This document shows positions 1 to 10,011 of a stretch of DNA of 64,000 nt, in pieces; the stretch's first letter is position 1, and each line of letters opens with the position of its first letter. The stretch is from Takakia lepidozioides (Eukaryota > Plantae > Bryophyta). The notes below the pieces were generated by a model. That model saw only the letters and a list, made by a program, of their open reading frames with translations, made no database searches and was not told where the DNA came from. The translations under genes were made by a program, and so were the position numbers. Location: positions 43,648,001-43,712,000 of the forward strand of contig CM060733.1 of assembly GCA_030704615.1 (NCBI GenBank). Direction: 5' to 3'.

Positions 1-118
1 AAATTTTGTAACATTTTAAGATACCCTGACATCAAAAGTTCTGACCAATTATAACTAGTACAATAATCTTGATATGTAATGTAAGTCCGTGCTCGTGTCC
101 TAAAGGATAGGGGAGGGT

Positions 119-309
119 TGTTGCGCACCTCACTTGGTATACTCCCCTTCAAGTCACAGTTACTCGCTCTTGATGCGCGCGCCTCTAACTCCCAGTCTGG
201 CCGCCGGGCCAACTCGGAGCTTCGGCTGTTCACCGGGACATAACGGTCCCCCTTGCTCTTCTTACTGACCCTCAAACTATCGGGCCCAGTCGAAATTCCC
301 TTTGGTATA
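119..309 (-). mobile_element. Diverged fragment of the chromovirus LTR (same family as 8383-9106)
   Basis: TGTTGCGCACCTC...CTCCCCTTCAAGTCA(C/T)AGTTACTCGC...CACCGGGACATAACGGTCCCC aligns with the LTR sequence starting at 8383. Similarity is lost after ~309. Confidence 0.75.
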
Positions 310-532
310 GGACACCTTGCAGAAGTATTTTGAAAAGGGAGATGTCATTGGGGAATCTTCAGGGAGTAGGGTATAAGCACCCAGACAAGTTCGTTTTAGC
401 AATTCTTGTGATGATGATGGGCATATCTCGCCCGCTCATCCCATGGGACGAGTTCAGGTTACAATGTCATAGACGGAGATGTGTGGGGTGAGGTGCACAT
501 ACTGCAAGATGTTGGGACACCTAGAGAGTGAC

Positions 533-1234
533 TTAGACGCAGCAAAGTTCTGTTATAATAACACAGAACACTCCGCAACGGGAGTTTCCCCTTTCGTATT
601 GGTCTATGGAAAAGGACCTCTGGTGCCGACAAGTTGGGCCGCCCAGGACGTTGAGGAACCGGCAGTAGCGGCGGTACTGGAAGAACGCAAGCGTTTGTTG
701 AAGCTCGCAAAGTACAACATTGCCAAAGCTAGGAAACAGTATGAAAGGCAGGCGAATCGGAAGCGGAGGGAAGTGAAGTTTGAGGCAGGCACGGAGGTCT
801 GGTTGAACATCAAGAATTTCCGACTACCTCCGGAAGTGAGTCCAAAGTTTGTACCTCCGTATGCGGGACCCTTTCGCATCCGGAAGGTTATGAATGAGGA
901 TGTGTATGAATTGGAGCTGCCGGCAAACAGCAAGGTGCATCCAGTATTCCACGTCTCCCTTTTGAAGCCTTACTTCAAAGATGAAGCGCGTCCGAATCGG
1001 CATCAAGTGTTGTGTCCGCCACCTGTACTGTTGGATCATGAAAATGAACCTGAATACGAGGTGGAGGCAGTACTTAAGTCGATGAGGTTCAAGAACTGAG
1101 AAACGGAGTATCTCGTCAAATGGAAGGGCTATCATCATGTGGAGGCATCTTGGGTGCGTGCCTCAGAAATGGGAAACGCATCCGAGGCGGTTGCAGTTTT
1201 TGAAGGGCGACCTCAAAAGCGGAAGAAGCGTTGA
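533..1234 (+). pseudogene. Truncated pol (integrase C-terminus and chromodomain) with premature stop
   Basis: Contains the GPF motif and EYEVEAVLKS. CGA>TGA at 1097-1099 relative to the intact copy. The original stop is at 1232-1234. Confidence 0.85.
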
Positions 1235-2865
1235 TGGGGACATCAACCTTGGAGCGTGGGGGAGGAAATGCATGCTTAGCCCGGCTTAGCTAGCTTAGGA
1301 ATCCGATTGCAAAAACTTGTATTGTACAAAAATTTGTTATAAAGGAAATGGGTTCCAAATGTTATGCGTCTTATTTTGTTTGGAATGGTGATGCATGGTG
1401 TGGTTGGCTAGTGTGTAGAATGCATGCTAGCTTGCAAAAGTGGGAGAGGTAAATTGGGTTAATCGTGTGTTTGCGCAGTGCCGAAATCGGGTGACTCCCA
1501 TCCAAGGGGCAAGGAAACTTGCGCCTTCTTTAGGAGTTCACGTGCTAGTGCGCACCTGGTGCGTGCGCATACTATAACTGCGCTACCGAGGGGGTTGCTT
1601 TGTAGTGTGGGCTAACGCGGAAGCTACGTGCTTCCGTTCACGTACTATAATTGTGTAGCCTCGGGACGAAGTCGTAGTGCGGCTTCGGCGTGTTCCCGTA
1701 CCTCAGGCCAGCATTCCAAGGCGGACCCAATTGTAGTGATTGGGGTGCGCGGTTGGTTCAAGGTTATCTTCCTAGTCAAAGAGGGTTCGAGGTGAACCCT
1801 TGCTCAAGGTGATGCCAAAAGCGGCATCATGAGTAGTCGCAAGCAATGTTGTTGCAGTAAGGCGATTCGATCCTCGGGGAGGATCGTTCCTTGGCCTTGA
1901 AGTAGGCCAAGAAGAGTGCACTGGGAGGAGCTTGAGAAGCTCCACCCTTGGCCGGGACTTGGAGGAAGTCGGCCGAACTAGCTAGTGGAGAGTAGAGTCA
2001 AATGTGGGGTTTGGTTCTTTGCCATGGGACGCCATGGTATGGAAACAAACTCCTTGATGTGGGGCGCCACAACTTGGATGTTCGTTTCCACAAAATGGAC
2101 AAGCCGAAGAGGACATCGACTCCCTGTTGGTAGGGGTGTGTGTCGCGGCCCTTTGCCTTGAGGGCAGGGGGTCGGGACACAAGAGGGGCTGCCCCTGTGG
2201 TGGGGGCAGTGGCAGCAATAGGTATGGGGGGCTGAAGCACCCTTGAGTGCCCAAGGCACTCAAGGAGGCGGAGGCACTCACTAGGTGGAGCCCCGCACAC
2301 CGGGTTGCGGTGGGGGTGGCTCCACAAGGGGTGGTGATAGCTTAGCGGGACTTAGTGGGGGTGGCATAGGACTCACCCTGGGGCGGAGACCTCGTGGTGG
2401 GAGTCGTGGGGAGTCTTGGGACTCATCACGGTCCATAGGGACCGTGGTGGGTGGGCCAAGACTCACCGCAACTCATCACCGGGAGTCGAGGGTGTTTGTG
2501 GTGGTTCGTCATAAAATGGCATGGTTGTTTGTGAAACCCCCGCGGATAGCTATAGAAGTATATATAGGGAGTAGTAACCCCGAGAATGGTGCAAGCCCGT
2601 TGGTGACCAAAAACTAGTGAGTAAGCGAGCGAGCCGGAAAGCGACCAAAGAGTGGGGAGCTGTTCCGGACTGCCAACTACCAAAGGGAATTCCGCTAGTT
2701 CCAAAGCGTTGGAGGGTTCTTTGGGAGATCAAAGGGGGACCGTTATGCCCCGGTGAGCAGCCGGAGTTCCAAGTTGGCCCAGCGGCCAGGTTGGGAGTTA
2801 GGCGCGCGCATCAAGCGAGTAACTATGACTTGAGGGGGGAGCTTACCGAAGTGAGGTGCGCGACG
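533..2865 (+). mobile_element. 3' fragment of Galadriel-like chromovirus: integrase C-terminus, chromodomain, 3' non-coding region and 3' LTR (2141-2865)
   Basis: Reverse-complement near-identity to 8383-10712. The LTR starts TGTCGCGGCC at 2141 after GGTAGGGGTGTG. The 5' end is fused to an unrelated zinc-knuckle-like piece (CTYCKMLGH, ~497-523). Confidence 0.9.
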
Positions 2866-3256
2866 AAATCGGCACCATGCTACGCTTTGCCGCCATCATT
2901 GCCCCTCACGGATGCTGTCTATGCCTATTGGACTTGCCATGTCTGGACATTTAACTATAAACGCCAGAATTATACTTTATGTGCGGCAACGTCCCGCGCG
3001 AAAAAAGACCACTTAATGGATACTTTCAGTTTCAAATGAAAACAACGGCTAAAATGCAATTAATTTTCCCCCAACATGAAAAAATATCCCCTTTTGACAT
3101 TGGATAACGGCCTTTTGTAAGACAGAAGGGGTTGAATGTGCCGATTTCTCCATTAAATGCAGAATATTCGTGTTATCTTCATCGGATTGGATTATGTCCA
3201 ACGAATTTCGGAACATTACATCATCCAGAAGCAAGAAGTAAATGTCGGGTTCGGAC

Positions 3257-3350
3257 GAATTTCGGCGCCGAAATTCATCCGTCGCATAGAAAATGTAATA
3301 TTAGAGTTAATCATTGCGGACAGTAAGGATGAATTTCGGCGCCGAAATCC
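3257..3350. repeat. Pair of GAATTTCGGCGCCGAAATTC-type palindromes, 74 bp apart (variant of the MULE palindrome)
   Basis: A perfect 20-bp palindrome at 3257-3276 and a near-perfect copy at 3331-3350. Confidence 0.8.
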
Positions 3351-3375
3351 AGCGCTCAAACCCTTAAAAGAATTT

Positions 3376-4469
3376 TACGTCATGTTGGAGGCGGATATGA
3401 AGTTGGCCGCTGCCAAGATGTTGGAGGCAACCCACAACAACATTGGCAGGGTGCTGGGGGGCATGGTGTACCCGGCCAAGCTTCGAATTCCCCTTTGCCG
3501 CTTGGTGTCATTGCAGGTGGTGAGACCTGCCCTCCCAGGCGATATCGACAAGCTGAAATTCTCTTTCCGGGATGGATATCGAATGGGGTCTGCCACGTTT
3601 TATGTTTCCATTGAGAACGACCACGGAGCTTCCCGTGCCCACACTTCCGATGAGGTGGACAAATGGGGTCCCCATTGGCAAAGGCGAAATGAGGAGTTCG
3701 AGAGAACGATTGCTACTGATCCTCTTTTCCAGCACTTGTCCGGAAAGATGTTTTATGTGTGGGACGGCAATCATCGCCTCCTGGCATGGATGGAGCACAT
3801 AGCCGAAGCCCACCCCAACGACCTCGATTGGCATTTTGCCGTGGAGTGTGTTGTGCTGAAGGTTGCGGGGCCCAAAGATCGCAGTCTTCTCAAAGCTGCA
3901 ATGGCGGACATCAACTCGTAAGTTACAACGCCTCTTGCTTTTGGACCCAAAATTTGTAAGTAATTTCATTGCGAATCCTCATATTTGTTCAAAATTCCCA
4001 TTTCAGTATTGTTTGATGGAAATGTGGCATTGCAAGGTGACTGAGAATGCCTTCATTGCCTCTTCATTGCCACCAACTTGTCCCATATGCTCTTTCGAGT
4101 GAAGGATGTCGGGAAGCAGGGGGTGCAAAAGTTTGCCAATTCGCTCAGTGCCGACCTCCTGCGCAAGTCGGAGGCAAAGGCAGACAGAACCTGGTATAGG
4201 CTGAGCATGGACGCCATGGTGGACTACATATTTCGGGTAAAGCTCTTGACTGTTTTGTTGAGCTAATCTGTCTCTCCTCCCCCAATAGAAGAAAAATTGT
4301 TGAGCAGGATCTCTAATCTTATGTGCGCATTCTTGACAGACAAAAATTCAGGAGGATTTGGCACATGCGCGGAGGTTCTACATGGAGTCAGAGGAGAAGA
4401 ATCTAACCCTCCCGGCACTCGAATCGTATCTCAAAGCTGCGGAGGCCAGGGCCCACATAAAGTACAAGT
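3376..4469 (+). pseudogene. Fragment of the family-A ParB-MTase gene: ParB/Srx-like exon plus downstream exons
   Basis: Reads LCRLVSLQVVRP...DIDKLKFSF..GY...FYVWDGNHRLLAW. Near-identical to the reverse complement of 22740-23815 and to 48725-49840. Intron donors follow ...DINS (3918) and ...YIFR. Confidence 0.8.
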
Positions 4470-4554
4470 AATGTCAATGCAAACATTCAGTTGTTCTGCA
4501 ATGCTTTTGCCTCTTGCAAGAAATCTTGAGGCTTGATTAGCTGTGTTATCAGAG

Positions 4555-5010
4555 ATCCAAAGTGACTGTCGTTGACGACATTCACTTCTATGTCTGTGTC
4601 ATTCACCAGCGACAATTTGAATTTACATGGATTAGGAGCTTAGGGTGTATTTATTGGTTCCTTGTTCGGAATTTTGTGAATGGCGTTGACGCCATTCACA
4701 TCCAGTGTTATTATGAGGTCCTCAGTGTTATGTTCGTTATGAATGTCCATTGAGTTTTTAGGGAGGGTTCCTTACTCGAGTTTCTGAATGTCGTTGCCGA
4801 CATTCAGTTTCCATCCAATGATTTTGCCTCTTTTGAGAAATCATTAGGCTTGATTAGCAGTGTATTCACAAATCCAAAGTGAATGCCGTTGACGACATTC
4901 ACTTCTATGTCTGTGTCATTCCAAAGCGAGAGTTTGCATTCACGTGGATTAGGGTGTATTTGCAGTATCATTGAATGGAATTTTTTGAATGGCGTTGACG
5001 ACATTCACAT
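4555..5010. repeat. Family-B palindrome array, GTGAATG(G/T)CGT-TG-ACG(C/A)CATTCAC, inside an intron
   Basis: Five copies centred at about 4571, 4685, 4793, 4888 and 4994, embedded in a ~315-bp direct duplication. The copy at 4675-4700 is palindromic except for the central TG. Confidence 0.8.
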
Positions 5011-5148
5011 CCGGAGCTGTCGCGTTGTCCTGAAAGGTCCTTGGAGCAGTTCTCAGAGCCATTTCATTCCATGTTTTTTTCATTCTATGCTACTTGCATC
5101 TTATTCACTTCGCGCTTTGGTGGGTTGGGATTTATCTCCTGTTTAACA

Positions 5149-7270
5149 GGTACACGAAATATGTGCTTATGGAAGGAAATCACCTAAGCAGTATTCCAAA
5201 CTATCTTGACATGTGGTCGGACCCTGCAAACGATCCAACCATGTATACTGCAGGGATATTGAAGGACTAGAGTCCTTCTCACTTCAGAGACTGTGGCTGG
5301 TACCTTGACTGCCCACCGGAGCACACAACCTTTCAAGAACAGCACATGAAATATTTGAACAATAATGCTGAGATGCTGGCGCCTCTGACTGACGAGCAGT
5401 ACCAAAGAAACATAGCAACATTGGCTGCCAAGGAGCCTGATGCTCAGGGAACGCCGCAAAAGGGAAAGAAGGCGGGCCGCAAACCAAAAGACAAGGCTCT
5501 TGATGTCATAGCCATCTCACCAGCAAAGCCAAAGGACAAAGACAAGTCCAAAGAGAAGGAAAAGGACAAGGGGAAGGAGAAAGAAAAGGAGATGGAGAGT
5601 GGCAGGACTTCACTGTTGGAAGATATACCCGCACAGTTCAGTGCGTGTTCGATGCCAAGCCACACCCTTCCCGTTCTGATTTGGCAGGAGAGATTAAAAT
5701 TGTCAATGAGGGTTGGCTGGCGATGATGCAGAGTCGAAAGAGAGGATACACTGGGGTGCCTTCGCCTACCTGGGACAACATAATCTCATTCCTCAATCTG
5801 GTGAGAATTCCAATTTCTTTTTTTTTTCTCTAAAAGTTTCATTGGCAGTATTTCAGTCTAGTTCTTTGAAAACATTCTTGCCATCGTTCTTAAAATAAAC
5901 ATGTCTGTTGCAGGTGAGCACAGGTCCTACCTTCGTGTGCGGTGTGCAGAAAACATATGCGGCTGACATTGTCATTCTCAACATCCCGGATGGCCAGGCT
6001 GTGCCAGAAGTTCTTCCAAAGGGCAAGACGCCAGGCTGGAACAAATTCGAGGATAACTACTGGAGTTGGGTGTTCGGGTTCTGTAATAATTTCCTCTCTG
6101 ATGCAGGGACACTTCTGCTTTTTCAGTCATGTGACAAAGATAGTCGTCGGGCATTGGCATCATACCTGAAGTCTTCAGGGTTTGAAGTTTTGCGCACATG
6201 GAATTGTGTGAACAGCCTCTACCTTGTGAAAGGGGGTTTCCCTGGTCAGCTGGTATGCCGTCTCCCTTCTGCTTGTGCTTTCATGATGGGTTTCAATGTT
6301 CTCTGCAGCTCCACTCTAGAAGAATCTGTCATGATCGACACCGATCATCACCGATTCGTGATAAAAATGATTGTTTTATGCTTGAGTTCTGAATAGCCGA
6401 TGTACACACTTCCACTATAGATTGTGTTTACCACAATAACCTGCTATCTTTGGCAGACGAGGATGTTCGCGATCTGCCTGCGGAGGATTCGCACCTCAAA
6501 GACACCATCCTCCATCCGCAGCTTTGAGATTTCTGACCAGGGTTGTTTCGTCAACCCCCCCCTATGAGCCGCATGTCGATGACATTTTGTACAACTTCAT
6601 GCAGTCCAGTCAGACTCTGAAGAAACAAGAAGGCACTCCCCGGAGAGGTGCAAAGGAAAAATCCCTAGCGTTCGTGCAAATACTGCTGGAGTCATGCAGC
6701 CACCACTCTACACGGGTGGTCGATCTTTCTGTGTCCACAGGTTCGTTCTCTCCCTTCCGAATTGATTTTCTTTCACCAGTTCCATTTGCTAAATCCCCCC
6801 ACCAAACTGTTCATGTCCTCCTGTCTGGTGCATGAGCAACTTACCATGCATGCAAGGCAGGCGGAAGAAGCCTTTTTGGCATGGAGGGTGATTCTGACCT
6901 CTACAACACAGTGCTCCTCCCCCTTTTGTCTGGCTCCACTTCAGGCACACAGACTGATCGGATTCAAATTCGAAATGATGACGATCCCGAAGATAAGCAG
7001 GTCGACAACGACTTTTCATGTGAGTAAGTGTTAAACCCACTTTGGGAGTTATACTCAATTTCTCAATAACATCAAAATTACAGTAATAATTTTTTCAAGT
7101 TGTCTTTCAGGAAAGGCAGCGGTGGATCTTCAGGAGATACAGTCATTTGTGGCGAGTCTGTTTTTGACAGCCCCCTTTCCAATTTTCTGCTTCCTGATTA
7201 TGCCGAAGCAATGGCACTTCATGCGGCCAAGTCCCTATCCAGCGTAAATCCGGAGTTCTTAAATACTTAG
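5149..7270 (+). pseudogene. Family-B DNA N6A/N4C methyltransferase-like gene (3' exons), divergent homologue of the family-A gene
   Basis: The spliced translation gives ADIVILNIPDG (motif IV position)...FLSDAGTLLLF...SGFEVLRTWN...KEKSLAFVQILLESCSHHSTRVVDLSVSTG|ATYHACKAGGRSLFGMEGDSDLY. This is the beta-class order (IV...X-I-II). GT-AG introns lie at about 5802-5913, 6253-6456 and after 6740. There is an in-frame TAG at ~5268. Confidence 0.75.
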
Positions 7271-7439
7271 ACTTAGATGCAGAGGAAGCGGGGATACATT
7301 GTACTGACTCTGAGTCAGACTGAACTATGTTCTTTTAATATTCTGTTTCATCCTCTTTGGAAAACGTTGAATCCCCTTCCTCCACCGTAGTTGTTCCTTT
7401 GGAAAGAAAAATAATCAAAGAATCAACTACCATTTAAAT

Positions 7440-7810
7440 TGCAATATGTATGAATCCATCTCACAAACCTCCCTCACTCTTGTCATATCCATTGTGCTTT
7501 CATCTATAGTGTATTCATGCGTGCTCCATTCATGAATGTTTTCCTTTGTTCAACATCCATTGTACATTCATCCTTTGTACTTTTTAATCCACCCCACAAA
7601 CCTACCACACTCATGTCATATACGTTGTGCATTCGTCTAAAGTTTTAGTCATGCATCTTCCTGTCATGAATGTTTTCCATTGCTCAACATCCATTATACA
7701 TTCATCCATTTGACTCTTATCCATCCCTCATTCATCCATCTACATTCATTTTTCACACTCATCTATTTTTTTATCATCCAACTGTACATTCATCCATCCT
7801 TTATTCATCT
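7440..7810. repeat. Low-complexity ATCC/TTCAT-rich degenerate repeat
   Basis: Repeated CATCCAT/TTCATCC units and a ~115-bp duplication. Confidence 0.55.
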
Positions 7811-7999
7811 GTTGCTTTCAGGTGGGAATGACCACTGCCTTTTATTATGTCGTCCAGCTTGTTTCCGCGGTAAAGGGTGCCAATCCGCGGGAATACACTC
7901 CACTTCTTCCTGGGCGGGTGGTGACGCAGTCTTCAAGTGTGATGACGTGGAGTGAGCCCCGTGATGTGGCATTGGCGCAAGGTGACGTGGCGTGAGCGC

Positions 8000-8240
8000 A
8001 GTTCCCCATTGTATTGTGACAACTAGTCTACCATACGCTTGGTACACAATCCGGATACCACCGCTGAACAAAGCACATCGACATCTTGTACCATCTGATT
8101 TGAGAGCACCAGCTGATTGGAACTATCAACATGTTGATTTATGTGAACACAGAAAACCAACGAGCTGATATCCTGACAAAAGCGATCCCCACCGAGAAGT
8201 TTTAGCGAACGAGAGGCCTGATTGGTCTCACAAGTGTGCA
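8000..8240 (+). pseudogene. Ty1/Copia RNase H C-terminal remnant
   Basis: Translates, with stops and a frameshift, as LYCDN*STIRLVHNP..HR*TKHIDILYHLI*E...VNTENQRADILTKA, the Copia RNase H signature. Confidence 0.8.
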
Positions 8241-8382
8241 ATTCTTTTGTTTTTTTTCACAAAAGGATCGACTCAGTGAGTTGGAGTTTTAGTTGTAGAG
8301 AACTCATCAAGATTAAACTGCAGTCATCCTTCTTGACACTGTAGTTACTAGTAACTACAGTGCTAGTTACTTAAGCATTGAG

Positions 8383-9106
8383 TGTCGCACACCTCAGTTC
8401 GGTAAACTCCCCTTCAAGTCATAGTTACTCGCTTTGATGCGCGCCTGACTCCCAACCTGGCCGCCGGGCCAACTTGGAGTTTCGGCTGCTCACCGGGACA
8501 TAACGGTCCCCTTCCGCTTCCCTCTAAACCCTCCACCTATTTGGGACTAGGAGAATTCCCTTTGGTAGATGGCAGTCCGGAACAGCTCCCCACTCTTTGG
8601 TCGCTTTCCGGCTCGCTCGCTTACTCACTAGTTTTTGGTCACCAACGGGCTTGCACCGTTCTCGGGGTTACTACTCCCTATATATACTTCTGTAGCTGTC
8701 CGCGGGGGTTTCATAACCAGCCATGCCATTTTATGGCGAACCACCACGAAAACCCTCGACTCCCGGTGGTGAGTCGCGGTGAGTCTTGGCCCACTCACCG
8801 CGGCCCCAATGGACCGTGATGAGTCCCAAGACTCCCCACGACTCCCACCTCGAGGTCTCCACCCCATGGTGAGTCCTATGCCACCCCCACTAAGTCCCAC
8901 TAAGCTACCACCACCACCCCTTGTGGAGCCACCTCCACCGCAACCCGGTGTGCGGGGCTCCACCTAGTGAGCGCCTCCGCCTCCTTGATTGCCTTGGGCA
9001 CTCAAGGGTGCTTCAGCCCCCCATACCTATCGCTGCCGCTGCCCCCACCACAGGGGCAGCCCCTCATGTGTCCCGACCCCCTGCCCTCAAGGCAAAGGCC
9101 GCGACA
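8383..9106 (-). repeat. 3' LTR
   Basis: Nearly identical to 14630-15351. Preceded on the minus strand by the purine-rich GGTAGGGGTGTG. Confidence 0.93.
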
Positions 9107-10011
9107 CACACCCCTACCAACAGGGAGTCGATGTCCTCATCGACTTGTCCATTTTGTAGAAACGAACATCCAAGTTGTGGCGTCCCACATCAAGGAGTTT
9201 GTTTCCGTACCATGGCGTCCCATGGCAAAGAACCAAACCCCACACTTGACTCCACTCTCCACTAGCTAGTTCGGCCGACTTCCTCCAAGTCCCGGCCAAG
9301 GGTGGAGCCTCTCCAGCTCCTCCCAGTGCACTCTTCTTGGCCTACTTCAAGGCCAAGGAACGATCCTCCCCGAGGATCGAATCGCCTTACTGCAACAACA
9401 TTGCTTGCGATCGCTCATGATGCCGCTTTTGGCATCACCTTGAGCAAGGGTTCACCTGGAACCCTCTTTGACTAGGAAGATAACCTTGAACCAACCGTGC
9501 GCCCCAATCACTACAATTGGGTCCGCCTTGGAATGCTGGCCTGAGGTACGGGAACACGCCGAAGCCGCACTACGACTTCGTCCCGAGGCTACACGATTAT
9601 AGTACGTGAACGGAAGCACGTAGCTTCCGCGTTAGCCCGCACTACAAGGCAACCCCCTCGGTAGCGCAGTTATAGTACGCGCACGCGCCAGGTGCGCACT
9701 AGCACTTGAACTCCCAAATGAGGCGCAAGTTTCCTTGCCCCTTGGATGGGAGTCACCCGATTTCGGCACTGCGCAAACACACGATTAACCCAATTTACCT
9801 CTCCCACTTTTGTAAGCTAGCATGCATTCTACACACCAGCCAACCACACCATGCATCACCATTCCAAACACAATAGGACGCACAATATTTGGAACCCATT
9901 TCCTTATCACAAATTTTTGTACAATACAAGTTTTTGCAATCGGATTCCTGAGCTAGCTAAACCGGGCTAAGCATGCATTTCCTCCCCCACGCTCCAAGGT
10001 TGATGTCCCCA

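Noticed and set aside
1978-3039. Short ORFs in the chromovirus LTR and 3' region (also 8541-9299 and 14681-15416)
   Set aside because: This is GC-rich LTR sequence, and the frames are broken differently by indels between copies.
3157-3375. N-terminal 73 aa of the 254-aa ORF 3157-3921
   Set aside because: It reads through a chimeric junction at ~3376 from palindrome-containing non-coding DNA. Other copies have a different upstream sequence.
8383-9977. A 1.6-kb LTR starting at the PPT-like tract after pol
   Set aside because: The TSD (TTGAG) and the TGTCGC/GCGACA termini define ~720-bp LTRs.
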